A DNA stretch of 60,568 nt, counting the filler. It is 4 parts of 4 records of this genome, joined end to end, with 100 filler letters (N's around TTAATTAATTAA, not from the genome) between each part and the next. Parts side by side here need not be neighbours in the genome. Positions count along the whole stretch, not along the records: positions 1 to 27,214 come from DRR378314_2629; 3 more parts are not named here. The stretch is one strand, 5' to 3'. Positions 1 through 8,357 of this stretch are shown here, in pieces. The translations under genes and the position numbers were made by a program. Numbering within the stretch: position 1 is the first letter of the stretch; each line of letters begins with the position of its first letter. The notes below the pieces were generated by a model, which saw only the letters and a program-made list of their open reading frames with translations, had not been told where the DNA came from and did no database searches.

Positions 1-1167
1 AATGCCGATCTCCGCCCCCATGCCGAACTCTCCGCCATCGGAGAACTGGGTCGAGGCGTTATGCATGACGACAGCGCTGTCGATGCTGGTCATGAAACGC
101 CGCGCAGCCTCTTTGTCCTCGGTCAGGATCGCGTCCGTGTGACCTGACGAGTGCGTGCTGACGAACCGTATGGCTTCATCAAGACCGTCAACCACTTTCA
201 CCGACGCAATTGTATCGAGATATTCGGTCGACCAGTCTTCGTCAGTTGCCTCTGCCAGACCGGGCGCGATCTTGCGGGCCTCGGCATCGCCGCGCAGCTC
301 ACACCCCTGCATCACATCTGCAAGACGCGGGATCACTGCCTCAGCAATGGCGCGATCCACGACGATGCTTTCCGTCGCGCCGCATACACCGGTGCGCCGC
401 AGTTTGGCATTGCGGACGACTTCCAGCGACTTCTCTATATCAGCGTCTGCATGGATGTAGCTGTGGCAGTTGCCATCCAGGTGAAGCAGCGTCGGCACCT
501 TGGCCTCATCACGAACCAACTCAACCAGCCCGCGTCCGCCGCGCGGAATGACGAGATCAACATACTCAACGGCGTGCAGCAGAGCGGTCACAGCGTTGCG
601 ATCTGTCGTCTCGACAGTCTGCACCGCCGCCCTGGGCAGACCTGCGGCTTCAAGCCCCTTCTGCATGCAGGCCACGATCTCTTTCGTGGAATGCTTGCTT
701 TCCGATCCGCCGCGCAGAATGACCGCGTTGCCGGATTTCAGACAAAGCGCACTAGCATCCGCGCCAACGTTCGGACGTGACTCATAGATCATGCCGATCA
801 CGCCAATCGGCACGGCTACGCGCTCAATGGTCAGGCCGTTTGGGCGCTCGGTTGTCGACAGAAGTCGCCCAACAGGATCCGGAAGGTCTGCAATCTGCTC
901 CAACGCAGAAGCCATCGCCTCCACGCGCTCATCATTCAGGCGCAGGCGGTCAATAAAAGACTCCGGGCGACTATCCGCGACACTGTCAACGTCTGCCTTG
1001 TTGGCGGCCAGAAGTGCGTCCTTCGACTCGCGCAGCGCCGCGGCAGACGCGCGCAAGGCTTCATTCTTCTGCTCGGTCGTCGCAGTCAGCAAATCCTTGG
1101 CCGCGTCCTTCGCGTTTTGGCCGAGGCCGGAAATGTAGGCGTTCAATTTGGAATCAAGTGTGGTCAC
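1..1167 (-). CDS. proA: Glutamate-5-semialdehyde dehydrogenase (gamma-glutamyl phosphate reductase), 3' end cut by the window edge
   Basis: Missing from the ORF track. Hand translation from GTG at 1167 (GAAGGA RBS upstream) gives [16 protein letters not shown]...IYESRPNV...[13 protein letters not shown]...IPRGG...GNCHSY...[10 protein letters not shown]...EYL...HSSGHTDAI...[20 protein letters not shown], all ProA signatures. Confidence 0.97.
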   Translation of the reverse strand, partial: MTTLDSKLNAYISGLGQNAKDAAKDLLTATTEQKNEALRASAAALRESKDALLAANKADVDSVADSRPESFIDRLRLNDERVEAMASALEQIADLPDPVGRLLSTTERPNGLTIERVAVPIGVIGMIYESRPNVGADASALCLKSGNAVILRGGSESKHSTKEIVACMQKGLEAAGLPRAAVQTVETTDRNAVTALLHAVEYVDLVIPRGGRGLVELVRDEAKVPTLLHLDGNCHSYIHADADIEKSLEVVRNAKLRRTGVCGATESIVVDRAIAEAVIPRLADVMQGCELRGDAEARKIAPGLAEATDEDWSTEYLDTIASVKVVDGLDEAIRFVSTHSSGHTDAILTEDKEAARRFMTSIDSAVVMHNASTQFSDGGEFGMGAEIGI

Positions 1168-1197
1168 TTTGTATCCTTCGATCTTGTGTTCAGGTGC

Positions 1198-1977
1198 CTA
1201 GCGCAGCTCGATTGCGCGCTTGTAGGCAGCCTCAGTTGTAGCCTTCAGCAGGTCTGACAGTTTGCCGTCACCATTCAAGGCCTTGAGCCCCGCTTCCGTC
1301 GTACCGTTCTTGCTGGTCACGGAATTGCGGAGGTTTTCCGGCTTGTCGCCGGTCTGCAGGATCATGCGAATGGACCCATCAAGTGTCCCGAGCACCAGGT
1401 CTGTCGCCTGATCCTCGCTGAAGCCGAGATCCTTTGCGGCCTCAATGTATGCGCGCGCCAACTCGAATACATAGCCAGGCCCGCTGCCTGCCACCGCCGT
1501 CACCCGATCAATCTGGTCTTCATCATCAACCCAGACAGCGGTCCCGGCGGACTTCATCAGCGTCTCGACGGCGGATTTGTGTTCATCCTTGGCATCGCCA
1601 CTAGCGTAGAGGCCGGCAACACCGGCTCCGATCGCAGATGGCAAATTGGGCATGATGCGAATGACCGGATAGCCCGGTAGTGCGGATTGCAGGCGTGCAA
1701 CCGAACATCCCGCCGCGATGGAGGCCACCGCGCCGGTATCGGCGAGCACATCTTTGTAGGCAGGCAAAATCTCGTCGATCATCTGCGGTTTGATCGCGAC
1801 AATCAGCAAATCGAACTTTTCCGCTCCAAGCGCGTTAATGTCCTTGAAGAGCCGGGCCCCATCTACTGGTTGGTCAAGGAACGGATCGACGATGGTGTAT
1901 TCATCCTCTGTCGCGCGCATCCATTGGGTAAGCAACGCGCCGCCCATTTTCCCGCATCCGACCAATAGTGTTCTCAT
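1198..1977 (-). CDS. proC: Pyrroline-5-carboxylate reductase
   Basis: GCGKMG Rossmann motif, AIKPQ, SIAAG, RIMPN, TAVAGSGPGY, VTSKNGTT; 30 nt upstream of proA on the same strand. Confidence 0.97.
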   Translation of the reverse strand: MRTLLVGCGKMGGALLTQWMRATEDEYTIVDPFLDQPVDGARLFKDINALGAEKFDLLIVAIKPQMIDEILPAYKDVLADTGAVASIAAGCSVARLQSALPGYPVIRIMPNLPSAIGAGVAGLYASGDAKDEHKSAVETLMKSAGTAVWVDDEDQIDRVTAVAGSGPGYVFELARAYIEAAKDLGFSEDQATDLVLGTLDGSIRMILQTGDKPENLRNSVTSKNGTTEAGLKALNGDGKLSDLLKATTEAAYKRAIELR

Positions 1978-2021
1978 GCCCTAGTATTCCTTTGTCCGCT
2001 TGGTGCGCCAGATAATGATAT

Positions 2022-2040
2022 TTGTTTAGAATTCAAACAA
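2022..2040. promoter_or_regulatory. Inverted repeat TTGTTT-N7-AAACAA in the divergent proC/proB promoter region; candidate MarR (CosR/EctR) operator
   Basis: Sequence TTGTTTAGAATTCAAACAA is seen directly. The minus strand contains TTTGA-AT-TCTAA. Confidence 0.6.
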
Positions 2041-2189
2041 TCCATTACAGAAGCACAAGGTTCCACCTCGTGCCTCAGTATCGTCAAATTTCCAATTATG
2101 CCGTGTCTTTACCCTTGGTATCGACCCTATGAAGAAACTCTCAAGGTCTTTTGTAAGCTAATTATTTGCATCGTAACCCAAACCTACTT

Positions 2190-3386
2190 ATGTCCGCCCC
2201 TAAGCAACTACCGGAGCCAAATTTGTCTTCCAATAAACGCATCGTCGTGAAAATCGGATCAAGCCTTCTAGCCAATCCAGACCTTCTCACACCGCGCTGG
2301 GCATTCATGCAACGGCTATTAGAAGACGTCACTAAATTACGGAACGACGGATATGAAGTCGTTCTTTGTTCTTCTGGCGCCGTTGCGCTGGGCCTGAACA
2401 TGCTGAACGAGACTCCCGAGACTGCGGGTCTGCGCGACAAGCAGGCCGCCGCCGCATGCGGGATGCCGCTTCTGTTGAATGCGTACAAGCAGGTCGCCCA
2501 TGAATTTGGATTCGATATCGCGCAGGTTCTGGTAACTCTGCAGGACATGGAAGAACGCAAGCGCTTCCTGAACACAAAGAATACGGTTCACCGCCTTCTA
2601 CAGGGCGAAATCCTGCCGATCGTGAACGAGAACGACTCGATCACGACCGAGGAAATTCGCGTCGGAGACAATGACCGCCTCGCGGCGAAAGTTGCACAGA
2701 TGATCCAGGCCGACCATCTGGTAATCTTGACCTGCATCGACGGCCTCTATGACCGCAATCCGGAAGAACCCGGCGCAAAGCTGGTCGAGGAAGTCCACGA
2801 TGTCAGCGAGTACATTGCTGTCACTGAAGGCACGAGCAGCCTCGGGAGCGGTGGCATGCTCACAAAGATGCAAGCGGCCAACATGGCCCAGAATGCAGGC
2901 TGCACGACGCTGATCGCCAATGGTGAACACGAAGCGCCGGTATCGTCGGTGTTGTTCAACGAACGCCCGCATACGAAATGCCTCGCCCACACAAAGCCCG
3001 CATCTGCCTGGGCAACCTGGCTGACAGATCGACTTCAGATCGCGGGCAGTATCGTTATCCGTGATGAACTCGCCAACAGCCTGTCGCACAGCCCGGAGCA
3101 CGTCCTGCATGAAGACATCATCTCGATCCAGGGCCAGTATCTGAAAGGCGACGTCATCCACGTATATGACGAAAAAGGCGATGAGATTGCGCGCGGAATG
3201 ACCAATTTCTCTTCAGAGGAAACCATGGTCCTCGCCCGACACCCGGAAATTTCTCCGAAGGAACTGCTCGGCTACCAAACTGGTGGTACGGTTATCAGCC
3301 GAGAGAATTTGATCGTTCTGGAAGATCGCCACCTACTCTGGGACAAGCCGGATCAGGAGACGATGGTTGAAGTTGCTGAGACCTAA
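2190..3386 (+). CDS. proB: Glutamate 5-kinase with C-terminal PUA domain
   Basis: RIVVKIGSS, SSGAVALG, KQAAAACG, NENDS...GDNDRLAA, DGLYDRNP, GSGGMLTK, plus a PUA-like C-terminus. Start placed at ATG 2190 rather than TTG 2166. Confidence 0.96.
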   Translation: MSAPKQLPEPNLSSNKRIVVKIGSSLLANPDLLTPRWAFMQRLLEDVTKLRNDGYEVVLCSSGAVALGLNMLNETPETAGLRDKQAAAACGMPLLLNAYKQVAHEFGFDIAQVLVTLQDMEERKRFLNTKNTVHRLLQGEILPIVNENDSITTEEIRVGDNDRLAAKVAQMIQADHLVILTCIDGLYDRNPEEPGAKLVEEVHDVSEYIAVTEGTSSLGSGGMLTKMQAANMAQNAGCTTLIANGEHEAPVSSVLFNERPHTKCLAHTKPASAWATWLTDRLQIAGSIVIRDELANSLSHSPEHVLHEDIISIQGQYLKGDVIHVYDEKGDEIARGMTNFSSEETMVLARHPEISPKELLGYQTGGTVISRENLIVLEDRHLLWDKPDQETMVEVAET

Positions 3387-3863
3387 TCAGTCTTCGCGGC
3401 GCAGATCGCCCACATCCAAAATCGGTGCTGCATCGAGACTTCCGGCATTCATCATCGCCGCCAGTCTCTGAACTGATGAGATGAGCAGGCTCTGCTCCCA
3501 CAGCTCCAGTGAATCGAAGCGCTTGAGGAACCCTTCCTGAAGCGCTTCCGGCGCATCTTCGAGACTGTCTCGCCCTGCGTCAGTGATGACGATATCGACT
3601 GTCCGTCGGTCGGTATCGTTCTTTTGGCGCGCCACCAGTCCCGCAGCCTCAAGACGATCCACAATGGTTGTGATCGTTGCTTGGGAGAGATGAACCTGCC
3701 GGGCAATCTCTGACGGCTTGACCGACCCGGCTGCCGACAGAGTTTGAAGTACAAGCAATTGCGGCGCCGTGAGACCGGTGGTCTTCGCCAATCGCTTGGA
3801 GTTCAGATCGATCGCCCGCGTGATCTGGCGAATTGCTGTGAGAAGGTCTCTGTGTTGGGCCAT
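3387..3863 (-). CDS. MarR-family transcriptional regulator, EctR/CosR-like
   Basis: AIRQITRAIDLNSKRLAKTTGLTAPQLLVL, SQATITTIVDRLE, DRR, and a C-terminal AAMMNAGSLDAAPILDVG typical of the EctR/CosR subgroup. Its stop codon directly abuts the proB stop. Confidence 0.85.
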   Translation of the reverse strand: MAQHRDLLTAIRQITRAIDLNSKRLAKTTGLTAPQLLVLQTLSAAGSVKPSEIARQVHLSQATITTIVDRLEAAGLVARQKNDTDRRTVDIVITDAGRDSLEDAPEALQEGFLKRFDSLELWEQSLLISSVQRLAAMMNAGSLDAAPILDVGDLRRED

Positions 3864-3932
3864 GAACTGTTCCTAAAGAGACAGTCCACACGTCGTCAAT
3901 TGCACGCACTGCGGAGGAAAGTCAGCGCTTCC

Positions 3933-5480
3933 TCAGGCGTGTGCAGTCTCGACGGTCTCTTCCGCCTCGGTCAGCGCTTCGCCTAAATCACCTTCCTCGG
4001 AATATCGATACCGCCCCAGAAACAGGAGTGGAACGGTCGAGACGAACAAGATGATCCCAGCCGTAGTGAGGGTAAATTGCCAATCCTTGCCAAGAAGCAG
4101 ACCGGTCTCCCACTCCACCAGCTTGATACCATTGCCGGTCGCCAAATTTGTCATGATGCCAGGGCCAAGACCGGCCCCCATGCCGAAGAAGCTGTAGATG
4201 GAACCGTAGATGGCGGAATAGGAGCGCATGCCAAAATACTTCGACACCATATAGGCCATGAAGTCGTACTCCACACCCGCACCGAACCCGATCATCAGGA
4301 TGGCAATTGTCGCCGTATTCGCATCCACGTCGGGATGACCCAGCATCCACAACGCAATTGCTGGCGAAGCAAGAAAGAAGAACGCCACAGCCGGGGCCCA
4401 GAACCGGTCGATCAGATAACCGCCGATAACTCGCCCTCCGAGAACTGCTAGGCCCGTCAATGTTGCCAGGCCAACTGCCTCATCCATGCCCATACCGGAT
4501 TGGGTCAGCACTTGCTCGATATTGGGAATAACAGCCCCTACCGCATACGAAATTGGCACGAAGCACAAAGCCAGAACCCAGAAACGCCAATGGCAAAGCG
4601 CCTGCCCCAACGTCATTCCTGGCAGAACAATGGCGTCACCATTCGCCTGCGTTTTGATTTCAGGTGGCCTGGTACCAACCTTGAAGAGCAGCATGCAGAC
4701 AATTGGAAGGAAGATGAGTGGGATATAGCCGAACGGAAGCAGGTATTCGAACCGCACTCCATTGTTTGATATGGACTGCAGAACCTGACGCACTACGATA
4801 CCTGTAAACCCGACGGCGCCAATCAAACTGATGGCGAGGATCGGCACCTTGAATTTGGTGATGGCTGATTCCGACGCAGGCGTATCGTCGACATCCCTCA
4901 AAGCGATGAGAGACAAGGGCAATGAAATGATCAGTGGCAGGAACCCAACAGCGACATATGCGGTGCGCCAGTCCGAATGCTGCACCATGAACTGCGCAAA
5001 ATATTTCGCCAGGGCCCCAAACACCCCGGTCGTAATAAGAGCGATCCCAAGTGCGATACCGCGATTGGACTTGAACCAGTTCGCAACTGGCCTGGTGAAG
5101 GTAATGGGCAGCGTGCCCACGCCAGAGATCGCCATGAGTAACCACAAGGCAATGTAAAGCGACTTCGAGCCCGTGTTCAGCGAGATCGCCATAAGCGACA
5201 ATGAGAATGTCACAATGGAGATAAGCGCTACACGCCGCGCTCCGAATTTTTCAGCAACGATCCCGATGATTGGCGACGCGGCCATGCTGCCAAATGTGTA
5301 GATCGCCAGCGCGTTGATGATGAACCCGACATCCCATCCCTCAGAGCCAAACTCTGCCAGCAACGGCGGAATGAATACTCCAATCGTGTAAAATGGCAGA
5401 GGCGACATCCCCAAGCCGATCCCAACGGAAGCGGCAGCCAGAACCGGCCAACCTCGCCGAAACTCTCCGGATTTCTCCAT
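3933..5480 (-). CDS. MFS transporter (OFA/MCT-like)
   Basis: Many hydrophobic helices, motif A (GIVAEKFGARRV and GYLIDRFWAP), WFKSNRGIALG, YFGMRSYSAIYG. ATG 5480 has an AGGAG RBS. Confidence 0.92.
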   Translation of the reverse strand: MEKSGEFRRGWPVLAAASVGIGLGMSPLPFYTIGVFIPPLLAEFGSEGWDVGFIINALAIYTFGSMAASPIIGIVAEKFGARRVALISIVTFSLSLMAISLNTGSKSLYIALWLLMAISGVGTLPITFTRPVANWFKSNRGIALGIALITTGVFGALAKYFAQFMVQHSDWRTAYVAVGFLPLIISLPLSLIALRDVDDTPASESAITKFKVPILAISLIGAVGFTGIVVRQVLQSISNNGVRFEYLLPFGYIPLIFLPIVCMLLFKVGTRPPEIKTQANGDAIVLPGMTLGQALCHWRFWVLALCFVPISYAVGAVIPNIEQVLTQSGMGMDEAVGLATLTGLAVLGGRVIGGYLIDRFWAPAVAFFFLASPAIALWMLGHPDVDANTATIAILMIGFGAGVEYDFMAYMVSKYFGMRSYSAIYGSIYSFFGMGAGLGPGIMTNLATGNGIKLVEWETGLLLGKDWQFTLTTAGIILFVSTVPLLFLGRYRYSEEGDLGEALTEAEETVETAHA

Positions 5481-5513
5481 TCGTGACGCTCCTGTCATTG
5501 ATCAATCGCTATA

Positions 5514-5525
5514 TTGGTATACCAA
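5514..5525. promoter_or_regulatory. Perfect palindrome TTGGTATACCAA upstream of the MFS gene; GntR-type operator (motif A)
   Basis: Seen directly. Related sites at 6748, 10579, 10851, 12557 and 13509. Confidence 0.7.
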
Positions 5526-5731
5526 ATAAGCTGCAGGTCGAGGCCAAAACTTCATAAATCGGCATTCCGCACAGTCGTGACTTGTTCTTTATCAAGTCTG
5601 CCAAACCTTGCATGGGCCGTTCCTCATAGAGGCGATTAGCCAATCAGCCCTGAATGGGGGGCCGAAAGCCCGATCGAGCGCTCAGGACAACTGAAGGGCG
5701 CCGGTTCGCTCAAATTAGGTCAGCCTTCGAT

Positions 5732-6679
5732 TTATGCAGGCTCGACGACCGACGCTCCTTCGAAACCAAGTGGCACACCCGCATTCGCAGTGAAGCCATA
5801 GAGTTCCTCTTCCGGCAGACCTTGCGCGAGCAGTTCACGCGCCTTGAACAAACCATCCAGATCCACGCCCGTTTTGACGCCCATCGATTCAAACATGAAG
5901 ACGAGGTCTTCAGTTACAATGTTGCCGCTGGCGCCAGGAGCCGTGGGGCAGCCCCCCAACCCGCCGAGTGAACTATCGAATGTGGTGATGCCTTCCTCAT
6001 ACGCGGCCAAAGCATTTGCGAGCCCCAATCCGCGCGTATTGTGCAAGTGAACACCTGTTACGTACTTTGCACCAATAGCCTCGCGCACAGAGCGGATCAG
6101 CTTACGCACAGACGTCGGATCACCATACCCAGTCGTATCTGAAATTCCGACTTCGCTGCACCCGGCCCCCATCAACCGTTCTGCACAATTCAGAATCACA
6201 CTCTCGGGAATCGCGCCCTCCAGCGTGCACCCGAAGGCTGTCGAAAGAGACCCCTCGAAATGCGGCCTTTTGCCCTCGGGCAAAGACTTGATCAGATCAG
6301 AAATGCGGCCGGCTTCTTCGATCACCTGATCATGTGTTCGACGGATATTTCTTATCGAATGCGTCTCGCTGACCGACATCGGAAGCGTGATCTTGTGCGC
6401 GCCAGACTTGATCGCCAGCTCTGCTCCTTTGAGATTCGGCACAAGAACCGCGACTTCCAGCCCCTGAATTTTTACTGCATTCTCAACGATTTCCGCCGTA
6501 TCGGCCATCTGAGGCAGAAGCTTCGGAGACACGAACGACCCGACTTCGATTTCCCGAAGGCCCGCTTCAGCCAGGGCGGCGATCCAACTTGTTTTCTTCT
6601 CTGTCGGCATGATCGTCTTGCAATTCTGCAATCCGTCGCGCGGACCCACTTCGCTGATAAGCACCTGATTTGCGGACAT
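5732..6679 (-). CDS. Hydroxymethylglutaryl-CoA lyase family (DRE-TIM) CoA-ester lyase
   Basis: EVGPRDGLQN, EVGSFVSPK, HLHNTRGLG, GGLGGCPTAPGASGNIVTEDL. Start ATG 6679 with GAAAGG RBS. Confidence 0.93.
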   Translation of the reverse strand: MSANQVLISEVGPRDGLQNCKTIMPTEKKTSWIAALAEAGLREIEVGSFVSPKLLPQMADTAEIVENAVKIQGLEVAVLVPNLKGAELAIKSGAHKITLPMSVSETHSIRNIRRTHDQVIEEAGRISDLIKSLPEGKRPHFEGSLSTAFGCTLEGAIPESVILNCAERLMGAGCSEVGISDTTGYGDPTSVRKLIRSVREAIGAKYVTGVHLHNTRGLGLANALAAYEEGITTFDSSLGGLGGCPTAPGASGNIVTEDLVFMFESMGVKTGVDLDGLFKARELLAQGLPEEELYGFTANAGVPLGFEGASVVEPA

Positions 6680-6747
6680 GCGATCGTACCTTTCGAAAAC
6701 AACAAACATTTCGCCTCAGGATTTCTCCAGAGAAGCAATTGCCATAA

Positions 6748-6759
6748 ATGATATATCCT
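6748..6759. promoter_or_regulatory. Motif A variant ATGATATATCCT between the divergent lyase and CoA-transferase genes
   Basis: Palindromic core GATATATC in a 111-nt divergent spacer; nearly identical to the site at 13509. Confidence 0.55.
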
Positions 6760-6790
6760 TTAAAACGGTTTGAAGCCAAGGGTATTGTTT

Positions 6791-7978
6791 ATGAATAATT
6801 CTTCGAAACCGCTGGACGGAATACGAGTGGTAGAGTTCACCCACATGGTGATGGGCCCCGCCGCAGGCCTCGTGCTTGCGGATCTCGGCGCAGAAGTCAT
6901 CAAGGTTGAGCCGATCGGGGGCGACAAAACCCGCCGTCTGAAAGGGTCCGGCGCGGGCTATTTCTCGATGTACAATCGGAACAAGAAGAGCCTTTCGATC
7001 AATCTGAAATCAGATGCGGGCGCTCGTGTAGCAAAAGAGCTGATCGAGAGAAGCGATGTATTTATCGAAAACTTCCGCCCCGGCGCGCTCGACAAGCTCG
7101 GTTTCGGATACGAAGAGCTCAGCAAGCTGAACCCTCGCTTGATCTACTGCTCTGAAAAAGGATTTTTGCCGGGGCCGTATGAGCACCGGACAGCGCTTGA
7201 CGAAGTCGCCCAGATGATGGGCGGGCTTGCCTATATGACAGGACCTCCCGGACGTCCGCTTCGCGCCGGCGCGTCAGTGATCGATGTCACGGGTGGCATG
7301 TTTGGGGCGATTGCAATTCTTGCCGCACTCCAACAAAGGCAGGTGACGGGCAAAGGGCAGCAGGTTTCCGCCTCCCTGTTCGAAACCACCGCTTTCCTCG
7401 TTGGACAGCATATGGCGCAGTACGCCGTCACCGGCAGCCCTGCAGCCCCAATGCCCACACGTGTATCGGCATGGGCCGTGTACGATGTGTTTGACGTCAA
7501 GGATGATGAGAAGGTTTTCGTCGGGGTCGTATCTGATGGTCAGTGGAAGTCCTTCTGTTCCGCATTTGGCCTTACCGAATGGGAAAACGACCCAAGTCTT
7601 GCGGAAAACAACGCGCGTGTTGCACGCCGCGAAGAAATCATCCCAGAACTCCGCCAACTGTTCCTGACCTTCACCAAGGCAGACCTCATGGACCGCCTCG
7701 AACAGACCGGCCTTCCGTTTGCACCCATTACCCGACCAGAGGACCTATTCGAAGACCCTCACCTGAACGCCCAGGGCGGTCTGCTTGAACTGGAGCTGCC
7801 AGAGGGCGGACAAGTGAAACTCCCCGCCATGCCATTGACGATGAATAATGAACGTTGCGGCCTGCGGCTCAATCCTCCGAAGATCGGAGAGCACAGCGTC
7901 GAAGTGTTGACATCTCTTGGATATTCTTCCGCTGAAATTGAAGAGTTGGTGGGCAACGAGCTCATCGACGCGCACTAA
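6791..7978 (+). CDS. Class III (CaiB/BaiF) CoA transferase
   Basis: PLDGIRVVEF, GPAAGLVLADLGAEVIKVEP, NRNKKS, ENFRPG, LDEVAQMMGG, catalytic Asp in SVIDVTGG, PKIGEHS. Confidence 0.95.
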   Translation: MNNSSKPLDGIRVVEFTHMVMGPAAGLVLADLGAEVIKVEPIGGDKTRRLKGSGAGYFSMYNRNKKSLSINLKSDAGARVAKELIERSDVFIENFRPGALDKLGFGYEELSKLNPRLIYCSEKGFLPGPYEHRTALDEVAQMMGGLAYMTGPPGRPLRAGASVIDVTGGMFGAIAILAALQQRQVTGKGQQVSASLFETTAFLVGQHMAQYAVTGSPAAPMPTRVSAWAVYDVFDVKDDEKVFVGVVSDGQWKSFCSAFGLTEWENDPSLAENNARVARREEIIPELRQLFLTFTKADLMDRLEQTGLPFAPITRPEDLFEDPHLNAQGGLLELELPEGGQVKLPAMPLTMNNERCGLRLNPPKIGEHSVEVLTSLGYSSAEIEELVGNELIDAH

Positions 7979-7995
7979 CGCCCGAACGATCAACA

Positions 7996-8034
7996 GAGGG
8001 GACCCGCTCGAAATTAGCGAGCGCGGGAGCCCCT
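7996..8034 (+). terminator. GC-rich hairpin after the CoA transferase; probable terminator
   Basis: GAGGGG-ACCCGCTCG ... CGAGCGCGGG-AGCCCCTC imperfect stem followed by CTTTGATTCT. Confidence 0.55.
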
Positions 8035-8281
8035 CCTTTGATTCTCAAGAATTGCACAGCCAGCGCCTTCAACGCGGCATCCCCCCCTTACTTGCTCCAC
8101 ATGCAAATTCAGTGATGGATGATCGTGCAGATCCTCTGAACGCAATCAATCCCGAAAAAGCCAGCCCGTTCGCTCTTCATCCAATGAAATGGATGAAGCG
8201 TTCGTCGTTGCGCAGTCGAGTGTGATGAGCCCTGCTCTGCAAAGAACCGACACCCCTAGTCAACGCCGCGCGCAAAATGTC

Positions 8282-8315
8282 AAAACGCCCCGGCACCAAA
8301 ATGGCACCGGGGCGT
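8282..8315 (-). terminator. Intrinsic terminator of the TonB-dependent receptor gene
   Basis: Minus strand reads ACGCCCCGG-tgccattttggtg-CCGGGGCGT-TTT, about 40 nt after the stop codon. Confidence 0.7.
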
Positions 8316-8357
8316 CCTGGGTTTTAGCGTCAGGGGGAGGAGGAGACGAATCTGACG

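Noticed and set aside
151-1138. Plus-strand ORFs at the window start
   Set aside because: Antisense shadows of proA.
5530-5731. Possible riboswitch upstream of the MFS gene
   Set aside because: Only short hairpins (e.g. GGGCCGAAAGCCC) and no aptamer consensus I recognise; an Rfam scan would be needed.
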